Shown here one piece after another: positions 34,380-44,975 of a DNA stretch of 64,000 bases; within the stretch, counting starts at the first letter, position 1; each line of letters starts with the position of its first letter. This DNA comes from Phaeosaccion multiseriatum (Eukaryota > Protista > Ochrophyta, other classes): positions 7,340,488-7,404,487 of the forward strand of contig OZ218950.1 of NCBI GenBank assembly GCA_965112735.1, written 5' to 3'. Under the pieces are notes generated by a model. That model ran no database searches. It was not told the origin of the DNA and saw nothing but the letters and a program-made list of their open reading frames with translations. Made by a program: the position numbers and the translations under genes.

Positions 34380-35754
34380 GGACCTGGGCTGGAGTAAAGT
34401 GCTGCTCCTTCTCCTGCTGCTGCAGCTGCTGCCCCACTGCGGTGTGCGCACGAACAGCAAGAGGGTCAGTGCGGAGAGCCCGATGCTCGGGAGGAGGAGG
34501 GGGGATGATGATGGTGATGGATGAGGAGAAGTGGGCGGTGCTGGAGGGGAGCGTGGTTGCGGCGAGTGAGAGCAAGCGGCGGGGATGGAAGGCGCAGCGA
34601 GCTTGTGGAGAGCTCTGCTAATCTCTTCTCCTCCTTGCTGCTGATACCTCTTGACTTGAGCTTCCTTGACCCGAGGGCCCCAGGCCGTCCGCCTCCTCGT
34701 CTTCGCGTGTATGTACAATCAGAAAGTTAAGCACTACAAGTACATAATATGATGAGGAAGAGGGAGAAGGCTTTTGAGGCAATGCAAAATGCGGCGTGTA
34801 TGGAAAGCCCGGCTCCGGCGCCGTCCGTACGATATTGACGAGGGGTTTCCGCATCTTTCTCTGTTCGCCGCGAGCTTTTCGTAGCTGAAGGGAGGCGTGA
34901 GAGCGAGGCCAATCAAGACAAGACGTGTACACGGTGTCGTTTACTTTAAGTTCCTGTACCTGGGGCGTCGTTCCCAATCGTTCCGCATTGATTGGGGAGT
35001 TTCAGTTTAAGTTCCTTTGTTCCAATTTGAGCTTGTTCGCCCTCCCTCTGAACAGAAGTCCTCTTTCAAAGAAGGGAGGATTAGTCGCAGTCAAAGGGGA
35101 CGGGACCCTTTGTCGTGCGTCGAGGCTAGAGGTCTCTATATCTCACTACGGGGCCTACTTCTTCGGACGAGGGATTGAACTCATCCCGGGGCGAAAAGTT
35201 TGACCCGGCTTGTTCCCCCCACACCTTTTCCCAAGACAGGCAGATACTGCCCCAAACACCGAAGCCCCCTTCGCACCGGCCACGAGAGAGAAGGTGAGGG
35301 AGGAACTTTCAGAGCTGGTGTGTGGCGGGTGGGCGTGAGGAGCTCATTTCCCGAGGTGAGAAACAAAGGAGGTGCAAGCAGGAATGATGAGGAGTGGCAT
35401 TATGGCCGACGCGGGGAGATGACCCAACTCACCACCCAAGCTCGGGCACTGCTCTGTTGGTCTTTGACCCCCCCTCCCCCCCCCTGTGACCCCCTTCCTC
35501 CTCCTCACCCTTTGACCCTCTCCATCTCCTCTCGTCTCCTCCCTCCGTCCCCCATCTCCGCCTCCCTCTCCCCCGCCCCCTTCCCTCCTGCCTTCGATTG
35601 GCGACATCGTGCCCAACGCACAAGCAGACATAAACAAAGCACAGTACGCGCTTTCCTCGCGGCAGAGGCGAGCGCCGGGGCGAGGACGGACGAGGACGGA
35701 GGCAGCGGAACAGAGGAGCAAGAAGAGAGGTGGCAGAGAGGAGTTGGTGCGAAA

Positions 35755-36885
35755 ATGCCGCATGAGAAGAGTCCGGGCACTGTCGAAGGATATGACAAGC
35801 AGCAAGGGCAAGAGGGACTTAGTGTGGATCATCAAGCTGTGGGCAAGAAGGATGAGCAGGCTGAGAAGGCGGACAGTCGTGAGAAGGCTGAGAAAGCTGA
35901 GAAGGGCGCGAAGGCTGCGAAGGGTGCGAAGGGTGCGAAGCGTGAGAAGAAGCCGCCCAAAAAGCGAGACTATGGAGCTGGGGGCCAGCGGTGTTCTGTG
36001 GAGGGGTGTCAGAAGCATCGGGTCCAAGGAGGAATCTGCGTGAGCCACGGAGCCGTGAAAATGCGCAAGAGGTGCAATGTGGAAGGGTGCGAGAAGCATC
36101 GGATCCAAGGCGGACTCTGCATGGCTCATGGAGCAGTGGTCAAGAGGTGCACTGTGGAGGGGTGTCAGAAGCTCCAGGTCCAAGGAGGGCTCTGCATTGG
36201 CCACGGCGCAGTGGTCAAGAGGTGCACTGCTGAGGGGTGTCAGAGGCAGCAGGTCCAAGGAGGGTTGTGCATTAGTCATGGGGCTCTGGGCAAGTGGTCT
36301 GAGAAGCAACCGGTCAAGAAAGGGCTTTACGGCGGCGGAGGTGTGAAGAAGCACAGGAGGTGCACTGTGGAGGGCTGTGAGAAGCAGTCGAAGCAGGGGG
36401 GATTGTGCGTGTCTCATGGTGCTGTGGTCAAGAGGTGCTCTGTGGAGGGGTGCCAGAAGAAGGCAAAGCAGGGAGGGCTGTGCGTGGGGCACGGAGCCGT
36501 GGGCAAAAAGTGCTCTGTTGAGGGCTGCGAGAAGCACCGGGTCAATGGAGGAGTCTGCATTGGCCATGGCGCAGTGATTGTGGTCAAGAGGTGCAGCGAG
36601 GTGGGATGTGAGAAGCAGACCCAGAGTGGGTGTGGTGGGATGTGCAGGCGCCACGCTCGAATGAAGATGGAGCAAGGCAGGAAGGAGGAGGAGCTGCTTG
36701 CCCAGAGGGCGCTTGCGCTCAAGCGAGGAGCTGACACCGACATGAATGGGGAAGGAGGGAAGAGGGCAAGGTTTGCCCCTCCACATGAGGGAGGAGAGGG
36801 AGAGCAGCGACAGGAGGAAGTGGTGGACGCAGAGGACGAGGAGCTGGGAGCAAGCTTGCTCGTTGGGCTGCGGCTCAGGAGATAG
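35755..36885 (+). CDS. Tandem paralog of the zinc-finger repeat protein, 8 intact units
   Basis: Same start context (GGTGCGAAAATGCC) as at 32763; degenerate first finger; 3' part nearly identical to the first copy at offset 2506. Confidence 0.87.
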   Translation: MPHEKSPGTVEGYDKQQGQEGLSVDHQAVGKKDEQAEKADSREKAEKAEKGAKAAKGAKGAKREKKPPKKRDYGAGGQRCSVEGCQKHRVQGGICVSHGAVKMRKRCNVEGCEKHRIQGGLCMAHGAVVKRCTVEGCQKLQVQGGLCIGHGAVVKRCTAEGCQRQQVQGGLCISHGALGKWSEKQPVKKGLYGGGGVKKHRRCTVEGCEKQSKQGGLCVSHGAVVKRCSVEGCQKKAKQGGLCVGHGAVGKKCSVEGCEKHRVNGGVCIGHGAVIVVKRCSEVGCEKQTQSGCGGMCRRHARMKMEQGRKEEELLAQRALALKRGADTDMNGEGGKRARFAPPHEGGEGEQRQEEVVDAEDEELGASLLVGLRLRR

Positions 36886-37930
36886 GGACCTGGGCCGAAG
36901 TAAAGTGCTGCTCCTTCTCCTGCTGCTGCAGCTGCTGCCCCACTGCGGTGTGCGCACGAACAGCAAGAGGGTCAGTGCGGAGAGCCCGATGCTCGGGAGG
37001 AGGAGGGGGGATGATGATGGTGATGGATGAGGAGAAGTGGGCGGTGCTGGAGGAGAGCGTGGTTGCGGCGAGCGAGAGCAAGCGGCGGGGATGGAAGGAG
37101 TGAGCGTGTGCGCTGTTGCTGCTGATATCTCGGGACTTGAGAGCTTTAGTGGCCAGATCGCCCTACTTCCGTCCGCCTCACAGCGGTGTTTTTGATGTGC
37201 GAGGTGAATCATAAAAGTACTTACTACGCGTAGAGTGAAGTGATGAATTACGCTGTGCCCAGAGGCAGAGAAGAGGCCTTCGGCGTTGTTGATGCTTCCA
37301 AACACTCACCACCAACCCGTGCTATGTGCGGCATTTGGGCATTTGCGCCAGAGCGGCGAGGCAAGTGAGACGCGTCATTGAGGGAATGGCCGGACCAGTC
37401 ACTGGCAGCCCTGTGCATATGATTGCGACGAGGGTTTCCGCACTCTATTGTTTGCGGTGAGCTTTCCGTCGCCTGCGCTGTGCGCACAACGGGGGGGGGG
37501 GGGGGCACGATCCGAGGCTTTGTGACTGCCCACAACCCCTTCATAAGAGGATGGGATGATGGTGGTGATGAGGAGGAGGGGGCGGTGCTGGAGGGGAGCA
37601 TGGTGGCGGCGAGTGAGAGCAAGAGGGGCGGACGAAAGGCGCAGCGAGCTTGTGGAAGGCTCTGCTTCTCTTTCTGCCTTCACAAGTAGACATTTCGGGA
37701 CTTGGGGCTCTGAAAGTGTAATAGTAATGATTGATGACTTACACCCGGCCACAGGAGGCCCACAGGTGTCTGTAGAAAACACTCGCACACGCCTATTTCT
37801 GGTGGGCCTTAGGATTAGGTCTACATGCCTATATCTGGGGGGCCTCAGGATTAGGTCTCGTACACAGTTTCCTGTAAACAAACACGGTGTCGACAATTCG
37901 AACACGACACACGGGCGTGGGGATGGCAGC

Positions 37931-40900
37931 TCACGAGGAGAAGTCCAGCGCCTGCATGCTGGCGAGGATGGCCACCACCGCCAGCGTCTGTGCGGCGGCC
38001 ACAGAGCCCAGCACCGATACGTACATGGACGAGCCGTAGCGGATGGGCTGGAATGCCTGCACGCCGAATATAACCTTGACGAACAGCCACACCACGGTGG
38101 TGACCAGAAACAGCTCCACCGCGGCGCTGCTGAGCTCGTACAGCATGATCGTCCGGGCCATGGCGGTGGGCATGCCTGCGAAGGACGGGAATCCCGCGCC
38201 GCCGCCCACGCCCTCACGAGTGAGCACGAGCAGGATGAAGAGCGCAAGGAGAGGGTTCACTGTATCGTGCGTCTGTCAGGAGCAGAGGGAAGGGGGAGGC
38301 ATATGGAGGCATATGGTCATAAGGGGCAGCAACCAACAGAGCGTAGGAAGAGCAGGGCGGTCAGGGGGACTCGTGAAGCTTGTGTGAGGTGCCCGTCCCA
38401 CGTTAGCACGCGCCCACGTCACCTGCTGCACGAAGAACTGTTGACTGAGGCGGAGGATGCGCTTCGGATCAGCCTCGGCGCGTTCCTTGGCCTTCCGCAC
38501 TTGGGCTCCCACTGTCCACCACCACCGGTCCCGCTTGGGGGCCTCTTCCTCCTCTGCCACCGCTGCTGCTGCTGCCGCTGCGTCTGTGTGGGGCTGCTTC
38601 TGCTCGTACCCCGCCAGGGACTCCCTCCTTACCGCCGCCTGCTCCTCCCTCTCCGCCGAGTCCCTCCGCACCACCGCCTTTAGCTCCACCCAGTCCTTGG
38701 TCACTTGCGACACCCGTCTCCGAGGGGCCACCTCCGTCCCCTGCTGCGAGGGGGGCGAGAGGCCTGGAGAGCCTTCTCCTCGCTCCTCCGTGTCGGGGTA
38801 CGGTCTTTCGCACTCGGTCTCTGACAACTCCAGGTTTGCGTGCTGGCCCCACCCTATCCGCTTGGCTGTTGGCGGGACGGACTCGGCTCCTTCGTCGCCA
38901 GCTTGTGATCTCCGAGACGTCGAAGGGGGCCGCACGTACGGCGAGACCACGTCCGCCTTGCCTTCGTCCTTGCCTTCGTCCTTGCCTTCATCTACCGGGG
39001 TCCCCGCGATGCACTCCAGTCCCTTCTCTGCCCCACTCTCTGCCGAACCGCCTACCTCCAAGGCCCGCAAGGCCGCCTCGAGCTGGTTCCTTCCATCTGC
39101 TTTGCCCTTCGGCGATTGTCGCTCATCGTCCACCCCGGGGATGATCTTGGACTTGTACATCTTGAGACGTGTGTGAGACGCGCTAATGTGCTTCCGCGCA
39201 CGCTGGATGGGGGTTGTGCGAGACAGACTGAGCAGACAGAGCAGACAGAGCAGACAGAGCAGACAGAGCAGACAGAGCAGACGGAGCAGACAGGTGCAGG
39301 GGAGGGGAAGAAAGGCGAGGCGTGATAGGACGTTACACTCGTTACATCGGTTCTTCGCGGGGGTAAGGAGATTCGCGTAGGACTGATGCAGACGCCAGGA
39401 GAGTCGAGTAAAGGGGGCAGGGGCAAAGCGTACTGCACATACACGTTCCGCATGCACACACGCACACACGCACACACGCACACACGCACACACACACACG
39501 CGCGCGCGCACAGGCGCACACTCACGTGACTTTGTCCTTGACGGTGATGAGGGACTTGAAGAGGTATGCCCTCAGGCGCTCCTCCAGGTGCAAGTAGTAG
39601 GCACCGAGCTTGTAGCAGATTTCAACGAGAACGATGAGGCCGCTTGTGAGCCACGAGCCCACAGATAGGAACACGAAGCTGAGGGGGGGCAGGGAGGGAG
39701 GGAGGGAGGGAGGGAGGAAGTGAGAGGGGGAGCGGGGGAGGCGGGGCAGAGCTGCTTGGCACAGAGTTGGGGAACAGGGAGGGCCCACCCCGTCTCAGAC
39801 TCCTCGCACGCACACGCTCGCACATACGCACGCACCGGTAAGGCAGGGAGGCGAGCACGAGCGACTGCAGCTCGAGGAGGACGTCGCCCTCCTCCTCCGC
39901 ACGCTCCCTCAGCGCCCCCCTCAGCTGCTTGAAGGCGAGCAGCTTGAACAGCAGGATGCACTCTGGGTAGGAGATGCAGGCCAACACCTGCAGGCCCCAC
40001 CACAGCCGCGAGAAGACTATGCCAAAGGCCAGGGAGAAGCCGAGCTGCAGGAGCATCACCCCACAGTACGTGGCGATGTCTTTGGGTTAGGGTATAGAGA
40101 GTACACGGGGGGGGGCGCAGCGTGGTGTGTGTCACATGAGCGGCTCAGCAGCAGTGAGCTGGAGAGGGAGGAAGGAGGGAGGAGGGAGGGGGGAAAGGCT
40201 TCACGCCCTCCGCCAGTGCTGCGCTAGGCTGCGGTCAGTTTCCAACTTCCCTTGTTTGCTCAGTTCTGGACTTACTTGGCAGAACTGCATACTTGAAGGC
40301 CTCGCCCGCCCTGTCCGGCGCTTTGCACATATCACTGTGCCGCACGAAGAAGAGCGTCCAGCCCGCGCACGTGGAGAGGGAGGACACGGCAGCAAGCAGG
40401 GTGGTGCACAGCCGCGTGATCTGCTCACGAGGAGGAGAGGAGGGGCCAACAGAGCATGAGCAAGGGGCAGGGGCACCGGAAGGAAGGGTTAGGGTTGGGA
40501 GGGACGGGGGACACCATGCTGATGACGACCTTCCTCATCAGTCTGTCTGCCGCTACCATACTTCCATACCTGGGAGAAGGAGTCCACCAGCGGCCACAGC
40601 ACCAGGGCACCCACCACAAGCACACTCAGGGAGCCGCTGATCACCGCTGCGGGCCTGATGAGGGGAACCTGAGGGAGGGAGGGAGGGGGGGGGGGGGGCG
40701 CAGGCCGATTAGCGGTGAAGAAGTAGCGCCACAAAAGGAATAATGCCGGCTCGCTCCAAGTAGCGGCTGCTCGCTCTTTACGCCAGGGCGTGTGGGGTGT
40801 GCGACGGAAGGAGTGAGTGGTGAGTGAGTGAGTGAGTGAGTGAGTGAGTGAGTGAGTGAGTAAATTAGTCACAGAGTCCGTGAGTGAGTGGCGAACGAGT

Positions 40901-41681
40901 GGGGCAGGTCAGGGCGACAGGAAATGTCCACTTACGCGGTCCACGGTGAAGCAGTCGTTGCTACCCATGGCGATGTGGAGCATCAAATCGAACGTGGAGC
41001 CTGTGAACATGCCGATGATTGAGCCCTCGAGTGGCAACTGCACGAACACGAACAGCGCCCTCTGCATACGTCGTGGCCACACAAGGAGAGAGAGGGCGAA
41101 ATGGCAACACACTTAGGGCGAAGAAAGCGAGTGCCATCACAAGGGGTGATGGACAGGAGAAGTAATGAGAGAGTCTCACCGTGGTGTAGCCCCCCTCTGC
41201 CCCTCCGAGGCAGCTTGCCCACAGTGCGAGACTGACAAGGGGACACACGAAAATTGCCAGGAACATCTTGCACGAAGGGAGCATGAGAGCCCAGCGGGCC
41301 TTCAATCCCTCCAGTGCAGCCGGTGGTAAGTCCTCCTCAAGCCCCCCCATGGACTTTTGCTTCGGCACGGCTCCCCCTTGCCCACCACCCTGAGAAGATG
41401 AGAGGCCGTCCTCCACCAACAGCCTCTGCGTCGGAGGATGCAGCAGGGCAGCGTAGGCAAGGGTGACAGGGAGAGAGAGCGCGCGCTGAGTATACTTCCG
41501 GTGCAAGCTACAGGCCGGAATGGAGAGCAGCAGGAAGCAAACATGTGCGTGCTGCAGGGGGTATAAGCTCAAGGCCAAGATTCCAATCTCAACAGAGACA
41601 CGGGCAGCCGCCCACACAGGGCAGAGAGAAGGCGCATTGTCAGAAAGCGGAACATACCATCGATGGCACCTCGGAAGCCAT
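37931..41681 (-). CDS. Uncharacterised polytopic membrane protein (roughly 10 TM segments plus a large hydrophilic loop), multi-exon; start uncertain
   Basis: Series of hydrophobic exons bounded by GT-AG (e.g. LLQLGFSLAFGIVFSRLWWGLQVLACISYPE, GSWLTSGLIVLVEICYK, YELSSAAVELFLVTTVVWLFVKVIFG). Confidence 0.65.
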
Positions 41682-42010
41682 AAGTAGGCGCTTACAGAGA
41701 AGCTATAGAAGCTCTCTACGCCGAAAGCGGCGCGATCACTCGGAGGGCAACACCCTCGGCAACACGGACATGGCTATTTGCACACCATGCCTGCCGACCT
41801 CTATCGGCCGGGCCTCGCGGTCCACGTAGAGCTAAGCACAGTCTTAAGTTGATTAAGATGACGAGCAGCTAAGCTCTGCTACGCCGGAGCGGAGTCGCAC
41901 CGAGTTGGAAGGGAAGAGACAGAAAGGGGGGAACGCGGCGGAAACGCCATCCATCCACTGCCATAAATTCAAATCCTCACCCTCTCTAATCCGTTTTTAA
42001 GTCCCAGAGA

Positions 42011-42141
<131 letters not shown>

Positions 42142-42206
42142 TCTATTAAAGTCAGTAAAGCTACCCCCCAGAGAAGGGAGAACGGGTAGTACCCCGCACA
42201 CGCCCA

Positions 42207-42446
42207 CAAGACGCACTTGATACAGTTCACCCTGACTAACACCTTTTCCTCCTCACGGACGTCAGGCCTGGAGCGGCAGCAGCAGCGGAGCAGACTACCT
42301 ACGACCCCGAGGTAGTGCGCCTCACCACCTTCACCGTCGAGACCCATGGACAACTCGACGCACTGGCACAATATTTCCTACACGCCATATCCGAGCACCT
42401 CGTCTCCCGCACCGGGCGCACCGCACTGGCTTTGTATCCAATGTAG
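42207..42446 (+). mobile_element. Degenerate relic of a non-LTR retrotransposon restriction-like endonuclease (RLE) C-terminus, CRE-clade-like
   Basis: Own translation (not in the ORF track): ALDTVHPD*HLFLLTDVRPGAAAAAEQTTYDPEVVRLTTFTVETHGQLDALAQYFLHAISEHL, matching the pattern D-x-T-V-HP...PGAAA..AE..(K)..Y....VETxGxL...A..FL. Confidence 0.6.
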
Positions 42447-42864
42447 GCTCTTGGACCACCAAGGGCAAGTCCTCTCCAATCACTCCAAACTTTCAGCCAC
42501 CAAATGCCAACACAGCGCCGGACCAGCGCCCCCCCCCTCGGCCAGGAGGGAGCGTAAAATGCACCCCCCCTATAGAGCCCTCGACACACGCACGCACCCA
42601 CACACGCACACACACACGTACACGTATAGAACATTTTTCCTGTAAGTCAATGAAGCGCCCCTACCCGGCCCCCTCTCTTTCTTTTGTGGCTTTCTTTGCG
42701 TGGTGCTGTGGGCAGCATCCGCATTAAGGCCCTTCCCTCTCCCGCGCTGTCTTGTTGCTGTTGTGTTGTCGTCTCTTGGACGAGCGTTGGACCAAGGAGG
42801 ACAAGCACACGCCGAAAAGTGGAGACGTCATAGAGGGAAGCAGAGAAAGGAAGGTTTGGTAGAT

Positions 42865-44537
42865 ATGATGAAGTCCGGGGCGCTGCTGGGAAGGGGGCCT
42901 CTACTCCAGGCTGCAGTATTGGCGGTGGGGCGGCGGTCCACTGTGGCCTTCGTTCAGCAAACACGCCTGCGCTCCTCCTTGGGGGCGGCAGCAGCCGTGA
43001 GAGCGAATGTCAAGCCGCCCACGCGCCTGGACAGCGGCTTCGGCGGGGCGCAGCTCGGCTACCCGGGAAGCTGGAGGAGATGTGGGGGGGTGATCCGACA
43101 GTGGGGAGTCAGAAACAGCCCAAGCAGCATCAGCATCCGGGCCAGTAGCAGTGGCAGCAGCAGGAGTAGCAGCAGCACGAGCGAGCAGGCGCCGCTGGGG
43201 CTAGCCGCGACAGGGGGGGAGGGAGAAGACGAGAATCCCGAAGCACAGGAACCGGAAGATGGTATTACGCGCTACCCGTCCATGCGGAGCAGTCAGGGGC
43301 TGCTGCGGGGCCTGGACTACCTGGGCACGGTGGTCTTCGCTTTGTCAGGTGAGTGAAGGGATGGGCACCATGGAGCGCCACCTGCTGCTTGTCGGATGGT
43401 CTGTCCTGTCCAAGGCCCTGCACGCACAGCACTTTACGCACTGTGCGTGCTTTAGTGAAAGGCTTCTTGTTCCCTCCTCTCCTCTCCTCTCAGGGAGCGT
43501 CACGGCGGGTCTGGCGCACATGGACATCCTGGGGTGCACCATCGTCGGCACCATCACAGGTGAGAGAGGCGGTCATAGGGAGAGAAGGGTAGAGCTGGGC
43601 CACAGGGAGAGAAGGGTAGAGCTCGGCCAAGCGGGCCGTCTATTCCCATACACCCCCATCCATCTAAGCAGCAGGGCAAAGCTCAGAAGAGAGGAAAAAG
43701 GACACAGAGCAGAGCGTGAATTCCCCCCCCACATCCTCACGTCCTCACATCCTCAGTCTCCTCACTGTGCTCTCACTGTGCTCCCTCTCCAGCCCAGTGG
43801 CCCCCCGCTTGACGTCTCCTTCTCTGCTTCTCTCTTCATCGTACCCCCCCTTGTGCTCTGAAGCTGTCGGAGGCGGCACCGTGCGCGACCTGCTGCTCGG
43901 CAACCGCCCGGTGTTCTGGATGGAGGAAACGGAGTACGGCTGGATGTGTGTAGTCACCGCAGTCATCACCTTCTTCGCGTGGGGCTACGTGGTGGACCAC
44001 GGCTTCACGGACGATGCCCTGCTCCTGAGGGTCGTGGACGCCCTCGGTGTGGGGGCCTTCTGCGTGATTGGCGCGCAAAACGCCGTGCGGAAGGGCATGT
44101 CTGCTGCCATCGCCATCGGCTGCGGTTGCATCACCGCCACCTTCGGAGGGGTGATCCGAGACGTGCTGTGCGGCAAGCCTCCGCGCATCCTGCACTCAGA
44201 GTCCGAGGTGTACGCCACCACGGCCATGGCAGGGTCCTCCACCTACGTGCTGCTCAGGCACCTGGGCTGCTCGCCCTACGTCAAGATCTGGGGCGGCTTC
44301 TTCGCAGCGGTGGCCACCCGCTATATTGCGTGGAGGTGGGACGTGCGCCTGCCCACCTGGGCACGCTCCGACGACCCGCTGGAGCCCGACGCGTCCTTCC
44401 CGGGCGTGGTCGGCGCCGACGGCATGGAGGCCAACACGTGGGTGGAGGGGGGCAGGAGCCCCACCCGTCGCAATCGCGGGGGCCCTTTGCCTTCTTCTTC
44501 TCCCCCGCCGCTGCCCCCGCCCGCCACCAGGAAGTGA
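42865..44537 (+). CDS. Trimeric intracellular cation channel family (TRIC/UPF0126, YadS-like) protein, copy 1, 3 exons, N-terminal presequence
   Basis: LDYLGTVVFALSG, MDILGCTIVGTITAVGGGTVRDLLLG.PVFW, DALGVGAF, TATFGGVIRDVLCG.PPRIL. Confidence 0.9.
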
Positions 44538-44975
44538 GGCTCACACACCGCAAGGCCATGTGCGAATGAGTGAGTGAGTGAGTCGATTAAAAAAGCTGCA
44601 CCTCCCCTCCTCCATTTTTATTACAGTATCGTGCGACTCCCCTGTACATACTATAGGTAGGACTTGAAGACAAATCGAGTCCACGATGCATGTAGCATTA
44701 ACTTTTCAAATTAATTTAAACGTGATTACCAGTCGGCGAGAGGGAAAAGGAAAGTCCAAGGTCGGAAGGAAGAGAGGAGGGAGATGGGAGGGGCGGCGAT
44801 GGTATCCGATGGGCCACAGAGGGAGTGGGTCGAAGTGGGGGCAGCACCACGAGATTACCACGAAGAAGAAATAAGTCAATAAATTTATTTTTCCGGCGGC
44901 CCCTTCTTTCTCTCTTCTCTCTCCCTCCTTCTTCCAACCCATCAGGCCTCGTAATGTGAGGGGTGACAGCTTGAC

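Noticed and set aside
35200-35754. N-terminal extension of the second zinc-finger ORF
   Set aside because: Non-ATG start; the paralog's start context maps to the ATG at 35755
32397-37305. Long antisense ORFs (434, 325 and 653 aa) over the zinc-finger genes
   Set aside because: Shadow frames of repetitive GC-rich coding sequence with no independent motifs
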